DNA of 64,000 nucleotides. It comes from Myxococcota bacterium (GTDB lineage: Bacteria > Myxococcota_A > UBA9160 > SZUA-336). A model generated the notes under the pieces. The model saw only the letters and a program-made list of their open reading frames with translations, searched no databases and had not been told where the DNA came from. The DNA lies in the NCBI GenBank assembly GCA_965247115.1, contig CBDFGR010000002.1, positions 928,001 to 992,000 on the forward strand. Reading direction: 5' to 3'. Made by a program: the position numbers and the translations under genes. Positions 28,103 to 37,645 of this stretch are shown in pieces (the first letter of the stretch is position 1; each line of letters opens with the position of its first letter).

Positions 28103-28218
28103 AGGCACCCGCAAGCGCCGCGGAACGCGGCGCGCGCAGCGAAGGCCGTAGGCCTTCGCGAAGGTGGGTAGCCGCGGCCGCCCGCGGCCGGGTCCCACAG
28201 GACCTCCGGGTCCCACAA
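28103..28218 (-). repeat. REP-like palindromic element, family B (TGTGGGACCC)
   Basis: Reverse strand TTGTGGGACCCGG..TGTGGGACCCGG-hairpin-CCCACCTTCG-hairpin-CTGCGCGCGCCGC..CCGCGGCGCTTGCGGGTGCC, homologous to 49918-50117. Confidence 0.8.
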
Positions 28219-28257
28219 AACCTGACGGGGACGAGAGAAGTGGACTAGAATATTCGC

Positions 28258-29328
28258 ATGAGACGGCGCCCGGACCCGCTGCGGGGGCTGATCTTCGTTC
28301 TCGCAGCACTGCCCCTCCTCGGCTGCGTTACCAAGCGCGAGCTGGCCTACTCGCCAGAGCAGCTGCGCTCGGAGGTGCACGCCCGGGTCCCTGAGCTTCC
28401 GGAGACCGAGATCATCGTTCCCTACGAGCTGGATCCAGCACTCGTGGAGAGGGCCCGCAAGGCAGTCCGCGGCCGCTACGACACAGAGGACAAGGCCCTG
28501 GCACTGGCTCGGTCACTGAGCAATCCGTTCTGGTTCGGACTCCGCTACGAGTGGGCGAGCAGCGGCTCCGCCGCCGAGACCATCGATAAGGGCGCCGGGA
28601 ACTGTCTGGGCCTGAGCTCGGTCTACATCGGGCTGGCGCGCGGTCTCGGGCTCGAGGCCTACTACATCGACGCCACCAGGAAGCTGGAGCGCCACCTGGA
28701 CGGGGACGTGGTCGTCTCTGCGGGGCACATCGGCGTAGCGGTGAACACGGCCAGGGGCTCGACCCTGGTCGACTTCACCGGCGAGGTCGGGGCGTACGCG
28801 ATGTTCCGGCGCATCGACGACCTGGAGGCGCTCGCGCACCTGTACAACAACCGCGGCTACGAGGTGATTCACCTGGCAACCTCCCAAGGGCAGCCCATCC
28901 CCTGGGAGGACGCGCGCAGCTACTTCAGTCTGGCCACGCAGGTAAAGCCGGACTTCGCGCGCGCCTGGAACAACCTGGGCATCGCGTACGGCCGCCTCGG
29001 CAGCAAGGAAGAGGCCGAGCGGACCTACCAGACTGCGCTTGTCAGTGATCCGCGTCTCTCGGCTGCGCATCTCAATCTCGGCAACCTGCATCTAGGGGCC
29101 GGCGAACTCGAAGCAGCGCTGGTCTCGCTGGAGGCGGCAGCCCAGCTCGACCGGCGCAATCCCTTTGTCCACTACCTGAAAGGCGTGGCACTGCTCCGAA
29201 GCGGAGCGCTGGCCGACGCCGAGAAGTCGCTGGCCCGGTCGCTCCGCCTGAAGCGCGACTTTGCAGACGCACGAGCGCTCCTCGACGATGTCCGTCGCGA
29301 GCGCGCCGAGCGCGCGCTCACGAACTAG
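28258..29328 (+). CDS. Lipoprotein with transglutaminase-like domain and C-terminal TPR repeats
   Basis: Lipobox LLGC; GNCLGLS, GHI, VDF (Cys-His-Asp); AWNNLGIAY and AHLNLGNL TPRs. Confidence 0.8.
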   Translation: MRRRPDPLRGLIFVLAALPLLGCVTKRELAYSPEQLRSEVHARVPELPETEIIVPYELDPALVERARKAVRGRYDTEDKALALARSLSNPFWFGLRYEWASSGSAAETIDKGAGNCLGLSSVYIGLARGLGLEAYYIDATRKLERHLDGDVVVSAGHIGVAVNTARGSTLVDFTGEVGAYAMFRRIDDLEALAHLYNNRGYEVIHLATSQGQPIPWEDARSYFSLATQVKPDFARAWNNLGIAYGRLGSKEEAERTYQTALVSDPRLSAAHLNLGNLHLGAGELEAALVSLEAAAQLDRRNPFVHYLKGVALLRSGALADAEKSLARSLRLKRDFADARALLDDVRRERAERALTN

Positions 29329-29343
29329 GCAGCTCGTCCCCCC

Positions 29344-30465
29344 TTGCCAGTCATCGACGGGGACAGCCACTTCATCGAGCCGCTCGACCTGTTCGAACGC
29401 TACGTGGAGCCCGGGTTCCGCGAGCGCGCGGTGCGCTTTGCCCCGGACGCGCAGAGCGAGGGCCGCCGCGCCATGTTCGTCGACGGGCGCCCCGTCGCAC
29501 TCGGCGACCTGGAGATGCTGCTGGCTGCCGTCGTCGGCTACGGACAGAAGGAGACCGGCCAGGATCTGGGCACTTTCGACCGGTACCTGGTCGAGAGCGA
29601 GCGCTGGCAGGATATGGATGCGCGGGTCGCGTTTCTCGAAGCGGAGGGCTTCGATGCCCAGGTGATCTATCCCAGCCTGGGCCTGTTCTGGGAGAGTGCG
29701 GTATCGGATCCAGTTCTCGCGGCTGCCCTCTGCCGCGCGTACAACACGTGGGCGCACGAGCTCTGCGCTGCACATCGCGATCGCCTCCATCCCGCCGCGC
29801 ACATTTCGCTCAGAGACGCGGCGCTGGCCGTGACCGAGCTGGAGCGCGTCGCCAGGCTGGGCTACCGCACCATCTTCGTTGGCGCCGCGCCAGTCGACGG
29901 CAAGAGCTTCGGCCACCCGGATCTCGACCCCATCTGGGCGGCCGCGGCGGCGCTGGATCTCGGCGTGGCCATCCACCTGACGGGCCACCCGCACTACACC
30001 GGACACCAGTGGTATCGCGATCGCAACCCGGGCTTCATGTTCGTGACCATGAACGTGATCCAGGACCCGCGCATGGCGCTCACCACGCTCGTGTACGATG
30101 GCGCGCTCGAACGCTTCCCCGACCTGCGCGTCGCGACCATCGAGGCCATGGTCGGCTGGGTGGGTGAGTGGCTCGAGCGCCTCGACTATCGCTTCGCCTA
30201 CATGGGCGAAACGTCGGGGATGAAGCGACCCGCGAGCGAGTACTTTGCGCGCAACATCTGGGTGTGCGGGGATCCCGAGGAGAGGATGTTCCCCTACATG
30301 GTACGCTTCGCCGGCGACGAGAAGTTCTTTATCGGCTCTGACTACCCCCATGCGGAGGGGTTCGTGGCCCCCCTGGCAAAGGCACGAAAGGTGCTCGAGG
30401 AGTTGCCCATGACATCGGTGGAGAAGATCATCGGAGCGAACGCCGCGGCGTTCTACCGTCTGTAG
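29344..30465 (+). CDS. Amidohydrolase_2 family protein (paralog 1)
   Basis: IDGDSH, QVIYPS, CRAYN.W, ERFPDLR, IGSDYPHAEG. Confidence 0.9.
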   Translation: MPVIDGDSHFIEPLDLFERYVEPGFRERAVRFAPDAQSEGRRAMFVDGRPVALGDLEMLLAAVVGYGQKETGQDLGTFDRYLVESERWQDMDARVAFLEAEGFDAQVIYPSLGLFWESAVSDPVLAAALCRAYNTWAHELCAAHRDRLHPAAHISLRDAALAVTELERVARLGYRTIFVGAAPVDGKSFGHPDLDPIWAAAAALDLGVAIHLTGHPHYTGHQWYRDRNPGFMFVTMNVIQDPRMALTTLVYDGALERFPDLRVATIEAMVGWVGEWLERLDYRFAYMGETSGMKRPASEYFARNIWVCGDPEERMFPYMVRFAGDEKFFIGSDYPHAEGFVAPLAKARKVLEELPMTSVEKIIGANAAAFYRL

Positions 30466-30477
30466 GAAGGAGTCGGC

Positions 30478-30969
30478 ATGTCGGACACCAGTTTGGAACA
30501 GCGCCTGCAAGTGCTTGAGGACATCGAGGCAATCCGGGAGCTCAAGGCACGGTACTGCGCGTACTGCGACGACAGCTACGACCCCGAGGGGATCGCCTCC
30601 CTCTTCGTCGACGACGCCGTCTGGGACGGCGGCGTGCTGGGTCGTTGCGAGGGACAGGACAAGATTCGAAGCTTCTTCAAGAACGCTTCGAGCGCAATCA
30701 GCTTCGCGATCCACCACGTGTGCAACCCGCTGATCGAGGTCGACGGCGATCGGGCGACGGGTCAGTGGTACCTGTTCCAGCCTTGTACGTACGCCGATGG
30801 TAACCGCGCGATCTGGATGATGGCGCGCTACCGCGATGAGTATGTCAGGGAAGCAGGCGGCTGGAAGTTCAGGAACGTGAAGATCGACCTGTCTTTTTCC
30901 ACGCCTTTCCACGAGGGCTGGGCAAAGACGCGCCTCGCGCCGCTCCGGAGCGAGAACGCGCAGACCTGA
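30478..30969 (+). CDS. SnoaL-like (NTF2 fold) protein
   Basis: LEDIEAIRELKARYC..D, LFVDDAVWD, HH..NPLIEVDGDRATG.W, Y.DEYVR. Confidence 0.9.
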   Translation: MSDTSLEQRLQVLEDIEAIRELKARYCAYCDDSYDPEGIASLFVDDAVWDGGVLGRCEGQDKIRSFFKNASSAISFAIHHVCNPLIEVDGDRATGQWYLFQPCTYADGNRAIWMMARYRDEYVREAGGWKFRNVKIDLSFSTPFHEGWAKTRLAPLRSENAQT

Positions 30970-30980
30970 GGAGATCAGAC

Positions 30981-31451
30981 ATGGCGAGCAAAGCTTTCGA
31001 AGAGCGCGTCCGCGTGCTCGAGGACATCGAGGCGATCAAGGCACTGAAGGCGTCCTATTGCTTCCTCACGGATGATGGAGAGGTCGATCGTCTGGCCGAG
31101 CTCTTCACCGCGGACGCGGTGTGGGACGGCGGCGTGATAGGGCGCTTCGAGGGACGCGCGGCGATCCGCGAGTTCTTCGTCGACCTGCCCAAGCTAATCA
31201 GCTTCGCGCTTCACCTGGTCATGAATCCCCGCATCGAGGTGCACGGCGACCACGCGACGGGACAGTGGTACCTGGTCGAGCCCAACACCACCGCTGGCAG
31301 GGAGATGGCCGTCTGGGGCGCCGGGCGCTACGACGAGGAGTACGTGCGCGTGGACGGGCAGTGGAAGTTCCAGCGCGTCGTCCTCGAGCCCGTGTTCTGG
31401 ACCCCGTTCGACAAGGGCTGGGCGGAGCGTCGCTCGATCCTGGAGCGCTAG
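30981..31451 (+). CDS. SnoaL-like (NTF2 fold) protein
   Basis: Paralog of the upstream gene: LEDIEAIKALKASYC, FTADAVWD, NPRIEVHGDHATGQW. Confidence 0.9.
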   Translation: MASKAFEERVRVLEDIEAIKALKASYCFLTDDGEVDRLAELFTADAVWDGGVIGRFEGRAAIREFFVDLPKLISFALHLVMNPRIEVHGDHATGQWYLVEPNTTAGREMAVWGAGRYDEEYVRVDGQWKFQRVVLEPVFWTPFDKGWAERRSILER

Positions 31452-31458
31452 CCGCGGC

Positions 31459-32583
31459 GTGGGACGCACGATCGACGCCGACAGTCACTTCATGGAGCCG
31501 CTCGACCTCTGGGCGCGCTACATCGACCCGGCCTACCGCTCTCGGTGTCTCGAGATCCGATACGACGAGCGCGCGGGTCTGCAGGTCGGGATCGAGGGTC
31601 GGACCCTGCCCCCTGGTCGGGCGCGTTCGACCCTCCAGGGCTTCGCCATCGGCGTGGCCTACGGTCAGAAGGAGCGAGGGGGTTCCATGGGGAGCTTCGA
31701 AGCCTCCGCGGTGCTCGACGGCTCACTCGAGGACATGGACGAGCGAATCCGCTTCCTGGACCGCGAGGGCTTCGACTGCCAGATCATCTTTCCGACCCTC
31801 GGTCTCGTGTGGGAAGGGCTCGTCGAGGAGCCCGAGCTCGCGGCCGCGCACTGCCGCGCCTACAACCGCTGGGCCCTCGAGACCTGTGCCGCGTATCCGC
31901 GGCTGCATCCGCTAGGCCACGTTTCGCTACGCAATCCTCCGCAGGCCGTGAAGGAGATCGAGCACCTGGCCGCGCAGGACGTGCGAGCGGTCTTCGTAGC
32001 CGCCCTGCCACCGGGCGGCAGGAGCCTCGGACACCCCGACTTCGACGCGGTGTGGGCGGCGGCCGAGGCGCTGGATATCTCGGTGTGCCTGCACCTCGTG
32101 GTGCACGACCACTACCTCGGCAGCGACTGGCACCGGGACCGCAACCCTGGCTTCATGTTCCTCTCCATGAACAGCATCCAGGACCCGCGCATGGCTTTGA
32201 CGACGATGATCTACGACGGGGTGTTCGAGCGCTTCCCCCGCCTGCGCGTGGCCACCGTCGAGGCGGGGAGCGGATGGGTCCCCGAGTGGTTGGATCGCTT
32301 CGACTACCGTTACAGCTACATGGGTCACTCGTGTCCGATGGAGCGCTCCGCGAGCGAGACCTTCGCGCGCAACGTCTGGGTCTGCGCCGATCCCACCGAG
32401 CGCACGCTGCCCTACACGCTGGAGCTCGTCGGCGACGACAAGTTCTTCATCGGCTCGGACTTCCCTCACGCGGAGGGCTTCACCGATCCCGTGGGAAAGG
32501 CGCGAGAACTGCTCGCGAAGCTGCCTCCCGCCTCCGTCGATCGCGTGCTGGGTGAGAACGCCACGAGCTTCTTCCGGGTCTGA
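31459..32583 (+). CDS. Amidohydrolase_2 family protein (paralog 2)
   Basis: IDADSH, ERFPRLR, IGSDFPHAEG; long near-identical blocks with paralog 1. Confidence 0.9.
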   Translation: MGRTIDADSHFMEPLDLWARYIDPAYRSRCLEIRYDERAGLQVGIEGRTLPPGRARSTLQGFAIGVAYGQKERGGSMGSFEASAVLDGSLEDMDERIRFLDREGFDCQIIFPTLGLVWEGLVEEPELAAAHCRAYNRWALETCAAYPRLHPLGHVSLRNPPQAVKEIEHLAAQDVRAVFVAALPPGGRSLGHPDFDAVWAAAEALDISVCLHLVVHDHYLGSDWHRDRNPGFMFLSMNSIQDPRMALTTMIYDGVFERFPRLRVATVEAGSGWVPEWLDRFDYRYSYMGHSCPMERSASETFARNVWVCADPTERTLPYTLELVGDDKFFIGSDFPHAEGFTDPVGKARELLAKLPPASVDRVLGENATSFFRV

Positions 32584-32645
32584 GCCCGAGCGGGTGTATG
32601 ATTCCCGCAGCTGCCGACGGGCGACGCACGCCCAGGAGGTTCGCT

Positions 32646-33749
32646 ATGGCGACGATCATCGACGGCGACGGCCACATCACGGAGCCGCGGGCAGTCTGGG
32701 AGGAGTATGCGGAGCCCGCGTACCGGGATCTCGTGATCCAGCTGCGCCGAGGTGAGGGTGGGAACGACGACGTGTGGATCGCGGGGGAGCGGCGGCCCAG
32801 CTCCAACCCCGCGCCGGCCTGCATACCCGGAGCGCTGGGCAACCCGGATCGGAGGGTGAACTGGGACGACATTCTCCCCGGCGGCTACGACCCCGCCAGC
32901 CGTCTCGAGGTGCTCGACGGCGAGGGCTTCGACCAGGCGCTGCTGTTCCCGAGCATCTACCTGATCTGGGGCGACATCACGGATCCTGCGATCGCGGCGG
33001 CGACGTGCAGGGCGTACAACAACTGGCTGGCGGATTTCTGCAGCCACGACCCTGCGCGCCTGTACGGGGCGGGACTGGTACCGCTGCAGGACGTGGACGA
33101 AGCTGTGCGGGAGACAGCGCGCATTGCGGAGCTGGGTCTGAAGTGCGCCGTGATCCGGCCGGAGCGCATGAACGGCCTGGCGCTGCAAGATCCTGCCTGC
33201 CAGCCGTTCTGGGCCACCGCTGCAGACTGCGATCTCGCGGTCGCCCTGCACGGCAGCTTCGGCAGCACCATTCCTGGCTTCGGGCAGCAGCGCTACGACA
33301 ACCCGTTCTTCACGCACATGGTCTGCCATCCCTTCGAGCAGATGGCGGCCTGTCTCGACATTGTGTGCGGTGGTGTCCTCGACGCCTTCCCGCGGCTCCG
33401 GATCGGTTTTTTTGAGTCGGGACTCGGCTGGCTCGGGTACTGGCTCGATCGTATGGACGAGCACTTCGAGACCATGCGCCGCTTCACGCCCTGGCTCACG
33501 CGGCGGCCGAGCGAGCTGTTCCGCGAGCAGTGCTTTGTCTCGATGGATCCCGACGACGGGGACGCGCTCGCAGACATCGCCGAGCGAGGGCTCGGGCACT
33601 GCGTGCTCTTCGGATCGGACTACCCACACTACGATTGCGTCTATCCCGGCGCGCTGGCGGAGCTTGCGAAGAGCTGCGCGCATGTCGGAGCGGAGGTCCT
33701 CGGGCAGGTAAAGCTGGACAACCCGCGGCGCTTCATGGGTCTCGTGTAG
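32646..33749 (+). CDS. Amidohydrolase_2 family protein (paralog 3)
   Basis: IDGDGH, CRAYNNW, FGSDYPHYD; AGGAGG RBS before ATG 32646. Confidence 0.9.
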   Translation: MATIIDGDGHITEPRAVWEEYAEPAYRDLVIQLRRGEGGNDDVWIAGERRPSSNPAPACIPGALGNPDRRVNWDDILPGGYDPASRLEVLDGEGFDQALLFPSIYLIWGDITDPAIAAATCRAYNNWLADFCSHDPARLYGAGLVPLQDVDEAVRETARIAELGLKCAVIRPERMNGLALQDPACQPFWATAADCDLAVALHGSFGSTIPGFGQQRYDNPFFTHMVCHPFEQMAACLDIVCGGVLDAFPRLRIGFFESGLGWLGYWLDRMDEHFETMRRFTPWLTRRPSELFREQCFVSMDPDDGDALADIAERGLGHCVLFGSDYPHYDCVYPGALAELAKSCAHVGAEVLGQVKLDNPRRFMGLV

Positions 33750-33814
33750 ACCTGGCACGTGCGAGACGCGAGATTCCCCTCGAGTCCCCGCCGTAACAGG
33801 CCGATCAACGGGCA

Positions 33815-36046
33815 GTGACCAGAACTCGAGTCGAGATCGTCGAGGAGAACCTCGACGCCTACCTCCACGAGGCGACGCCCGCGCCCGCACTTCTCCCTGC
33901 GGATGCTCCCCTTGGCGCGGACAGCACGCTCTCGGTCCGCCAGGCACTCGAGCTCTTCGAGGATCAGGTGTTGAGCCGCGCCCTCGACGTTGCAGCGCGC
34001 GAGCTGCGCAGCGCGGACCAGGGCTTCTACACGATCTCGAGCGCCGGGCACGAGCAGAACGTTGTGCTTGGAGCGCTGCTGCGCCCGACGGATCCGTGCC
34101 TGCTTCACTACCGCTCCGGGGCAATGATGATGGCGCGCTCCCGCAAGCTGCCAGGCTCCGACCCGCTCTTCGAAACGCTGCTCTCGCTGTGCGCCTCGGC
34201 GGACGATCCCACAAGCCATGGCCGACACAAGGTCTGGGGCAGCCGCAAGCTCTGGGTGCCCCCCCAGACGAGTACGGTGGCCTCGCACCTGCCAAAGGCA
34301 GTCGGGATGGCCTTTGCGCACGCTCGCGCCCGGCGCCTCGGCCTGGGCACCGAGCTGCCTCCCGACGCGATCGTGTGCTGCTCGTTCGGGGATGCTTCGG
34401 TAAATCACGCCAGCGCGCTCTCCGGCATCAACGCCGCGCGCTACGCGCAGCGCCAGGGAGCGGCCGTACCTATCCTGTTCGTCTGCGAGGACAACGGCGT
34501 CGGCATCTCACTCGAGACACCGCAGCGCTGGATCGCGGATAGCTTCTCCGGCCTCTCACACCTCCAGTACGTACGAGCGGCCGGCGAGATCGACGAGATC
34601 TGGGATGCGGCGAGGGCCGCGATCGACGCCTGTCGCGGCGCGCGCGCTCCCGTTTTCCTTCACCTCTTGACGGTGCGCCTCTGGGGCCACGCCGGGAGCG
34701 ACGTCGAGACGACCTATCACAGCGTCACCGAGATCGAGCAGGTCGAGGCCCGGGATCCACTGCTTCAGAACGCACATCGTCTGATCGACACGGGCGCGGC
34801 CACGCCCGAGCAGCTGCGTGAGGTGGTCGAGGCAACGCGCGCCCGCGTCGGCGCGGCCAGAGCAGAGGCGGCGGCGCGACCGAAGCTCGCGAGCGTCGAA
34901 GAGATCGTGGCGCCGCTCGCGCGCTGCGATCTCGAGCGCTGCCGTGCGTCCGCGACGGGTCGAGCCGACGCCAGGGCCCGCGAACGCGCGTTCGCCGCGC
35001 AGCTCCCGGAACACGCCGCCGCTCCCAGCCGGCGCACGCTGGCCGCGCACATCAACTCCGCGCTCAAGGACGAGATGCTGCGCCGCCCCGAGATGCTCGT
35101 GTTCGGGGAGGACGTGGCAAAGAAGGGCGGCGTGTACGCGCTCACCGCGGGCCTGCAGGAGGCGTTCGGAAGCGGTCGCGTGTTCGACACGCTTCTGGAC
35201 GAGACGACCATCCTCGGTGTCGCCCAGGGAGCCGGCCAGATCGGTCTGCTGCCGGTCCCCGAGATCCAGTATCTGGCATTCCTGCACAACGCGCTCGACC
35301 AGCTGCGAGGCGAGGCGTGCTCGCTCTCCTTCTTCTCGGCCGGCCAGTTTCAGAACCCGATCGTGGTGCGGATCGCCGCGTTCGGCTACCAGAGCGGCTT
35401 CGGGGGGCACTTCCACAACGACAACTCGATCGGCGCGCTGCGTGACATTCCGGGGCTGATCCTCGCTGCGCCCTCCCGCGGCGACGACGCGGCTCGGATG
35501 CTGCGAGGCTGCCTGGCGCTAGCCAGGGAGGAGGGTCGCGTCATCTGCTTCCTGGAGCCGATCGCCCTTTACCACGAGAAGGACCTGTACGAGCCAGGAG
35601 ACGCAGGCTGGCTCACGGACTACCCCCCTCCCGGGCAGGCCCTGCTGCCAGGCGAGACCGGCGTGTTCCGAGAGGACAGCAGCGACGTCCTCCTGGTGTC
35701 GTATGCGAATGCGCTCCGCCTATCGCTGCGCGCCGCCCGAACACTGGAACGCGACTTTGATACGCGCGCTCGCGTGCTCGACCTGCGCTGGCTGAACCCG
35801 CTCCCGTTCGCCGCGGTGCGCAGACACGCCGCGGAGTGTGGCCGCGCTGTCATCGTCGACGAGTGCCGGGCGACCGGAGGCGGCATCGCCGATGCTTTGG
35901 TCGCGGATCTCGCGGAAGCAGGATTCCAGGGGCCCCTCCGTTCGATACGATCCGTCGACTCCTACATCCCCCTCGGCCCGGCCGCGGCCAAGGTCTTGCT
36001 CTCCGAGCAAGACATCGTCGAACGCACGCTCGAGCTCGCCCCGTAA
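33815..36046 (+). CDS. ThDP-dependent 2-oxoacid dehydrogenase E1, fused alpha/beta subunits
   Basis: FYTISSAGHE, GDAS...CEDN ThDP motif, GHAGSD, FGEDVAKKGGV, RVFDTLLDE, EIQY. Confidence 0.9.
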   Translation: MTRTRVEIVEENLDAYLHEATPAPALLPADAPLGADSTLSVRQALELFEDQVLSRALDVAARELRSADQGFYTISSAGHEQNVVLGALLRPTDPCLLHYRSGAMMMARSRKLPGSDPLFETLLSLCASADDPTSHGRHKVWGSRKLWVPPQTSTVASHLPKAVGMAFAHARARRLGLGTELPPDAIVCCSFGDASVNHASALSGINAARYAQRQGAAVPILFVCEDNGVGISLETPQRWIADSFSGLSHLQYVRAAGEIDEIWDAARAAIDACRGARAPVFLHLLTVRLWGHAGSDVETTYHSVTEIEQVEARDPLLQNAHRLIDTGAATPEQLREVVEATRARVGAARAEAAARPKLASVEEIVAPLARCDLERCRASATGRADARARERAFAAQLPEHAAAPSRRTLAAHINSALKDEMLRRPEMLVFGEDVAKKGGVYALTAGLQEAFGSGRVFDTLLDETTILGVAQGAGQIGLLPVPEIQYLAFLHNALDQLRGEACSLSFFSAGQFQNPIVVRIAAFGYQSGFGGHFHNDNSIGALRDIPGLILAAPSRGDDAARMLRGCLALAREEGRVICFLEPIALYHEKDLYEPGDAGWLTDYPPPGQALLPGETGVFREDSSDVLLVSYANALRLSLRAARTLERDFDTRARVLDLRWLNPLPFAAVRRHAAECGRAVIVDECRATGGGIADALVADLAEAGFQGPLRSIRSVDSYIPLGPAAAKVLLSEQDIVERTLELAP

Positions 36047-36113
36047 CCCCTCCAGCTTCGCACCGAGCTGACCTCACCGCCTACGAACGATCCGAAAGGG
36101 AGAGCCGGTGTGC

Positions 36114-36155
36114 CACCTCAACATGTTCACGCTGATCGCTCTCGGAATGGGCGCG
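36114..36155 (+). pseudogene. Short remnant resembling a heavy-metal (CopA-type) P-type ATPase segment
   Basis: Encodes HLNMFTLIALGMGA, matching the conserved 'LNMFTLIALG.GAA' stretch of Cu-ATPases; only 14 codons. Confidence 0.45.
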
Positions 36156-36200
36156 CCTCAGAGCCTCGAATGCCAACCCCCACTGGAGCGCGGGTCCCCA

Positions 36201-36893
36201 TCAGGGCGAAGCACGAGCTGCTCCCGGTACATCCAGTGGATCGAGCAACCCGCACCGCCGCCACCCCTCCGCCAGCAGCCACGTGTGGGCGGCAGCGACT
36301 GACCGACGCCCCGAACGACGCTCGACCCGAGCGGTGCCCCGCTGCCAGCCGTCAAACCAGCGGCCCGATGAGGCGGGATCAAGCCGCCGGAGCGCCCTGC
36401 GCCGGTGCCGGGCCGCGTTGAGCAACACGTACCGGATCGCATTCCGGACCTCGTGCGGTGTCAGCAGCACCCGCATGTGGTAGCGATCCGCCAGCAGCCC
36501 GCCACGCCACCCGAACGCCCGCCGCATCGCCCAGATCATCCTCCTGCTGAGAGACTTCATCCCTCGACCGAGCGCACCCCGATCCTTCGCCTCGACGATG
36601 AGGTGAGCGTGATCCCTCAAGAGCGCGTAGTGGACGAGGCGAAACTCCCCCCGGTCGCACCCCCGTGCCAGCGTCTCCTCGAACGCCCGCACGAAGGCGG
36701 GAGCCCGCAACGACGGAGCACCTTCGCGCACCCGCAGGGTCACGTGACACGGATGCCTCGACGCGAGCCTCTGTCGACTTCTGTGACGAACCAGCGGACT
36801 CGGCCCAGGCTTGCGCCCCGCCCCCTCGCGCGGCCCGCCGTGACCTGCCAGAGGCCGTAGATCAAGGGAGAGCTGTCGATCTAACTTTCTCAC
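36201..36893 (-). CDS. RAYT-like HUH (Y1) transposase, copy 2
   Basis: Paralog of 14563..15258 (roughly 85% aa identity by eye); DHAHLIVE and IRYVLLN intact. Confidence 0.85.
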   Translation of the reverse strand: MRKLDRQLSLDLRPLAGHGGPREGAGRKPGPSPLVRHRSRQRLASRHPCHVTLRVREGAPSLRAPAFVRAFEETLARGCDRGEFRLVHYALLRDHAHLIVEAKDRGALGRGMKSLSRRMIWAMRRAFGWRGGLLADRYHMRVLLTPHEVRNAIRYVLLNAARHRRRALRRLDPASSGRWFDGWQRGTARVERRSGRRSVAAAHTWLLAEGWRRCGLLDPLDVPGAARASP

Positions 36894-36911
36894 GTATTCA
36901 CCGATCGGTGT

Positions 36912-36939
36912 AGATTAGGGCTTTCTATATCATTGTCAA
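36912..36939 (-). promoter_or_regulatory. Sigma70-type promoter of RAYT copy 2
   Basis: Minus strand reads TTGACA-N16-TAATCT. Confidence 0.6.
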
Positions 36940-36941
36940 GG

Positions 36942-37495
36942 GTAGGTCCTGGCACATAGTTTACAGAAGTCCGGGAACATCGTTTACACCTGGGAGATGC
37001 CCTGGATGGAAACGAATAAAGAAGATCAAAGGGGGAATTTCGTGATGGAGTTCCTGAGCGGACAGTGGTCGATGACCGAGCTCTGCGAGCGCTACTGCGT
37101 GAGTCGTCCGACCGGGTACAAGTGGCTCCACCGGCCAACGAGGGCCTTGCGGGACTCCGCGATCGGTCTCGAGCGCCCACGCGCTGTCCCCACCGCACGC
37201 CGGCGTCGATCGAAAATCGGATCCTGCGTCTGCGGGAGCAGTACGGGTGGGGCGCGAAGAAGCTGATCCAGGTGCTCGAGCGCCGGCAGCGCGAGGTCGC
37301 CTGGCCCTCGCGGAGTACGGTGAACGCGATCCTGGACCGTCACGGGAAGCTTCGAAAGAACCAACGGAGGAGACGCTGGGATCATCCGCGGGCCGCGGCG
37401 CTGCGAACCGATCGCCCCAACCAGGTCTGGCCCGCGGACTTCAAAGGACACTTCAAGACGCAGGACGGAAGTACTGCTATCCGCTCACCGTGACG
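36942..37495 (+). mobile_element. IS481-family left end plus frameshifted, truncated transposase (element A, copy 2)
   Basis: Same end motifs and MPWMETNKEDQR start as 15310-15580. Frameshift near 37135, continues ...YGWGAKKL...PNQVWPADFKGHF, second frameshift, YCYPLTVT, then breaks off. Confidence 0.85.
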
Positions 37496-37645
37496 GCTCC
37501 GAATCGAGGCAACGTGGCGATTTACCTTGAAGAATCGGCGCCAGGTGGGTGGAGCAGCGCTGCTAGTATGCAGCGAGAGCTGCCGGCTTTTCGATCGAAG
37601 GCTGGCAGCCTATAAGCCAGTTAGGCGACCAAGCATAGGGATTTA

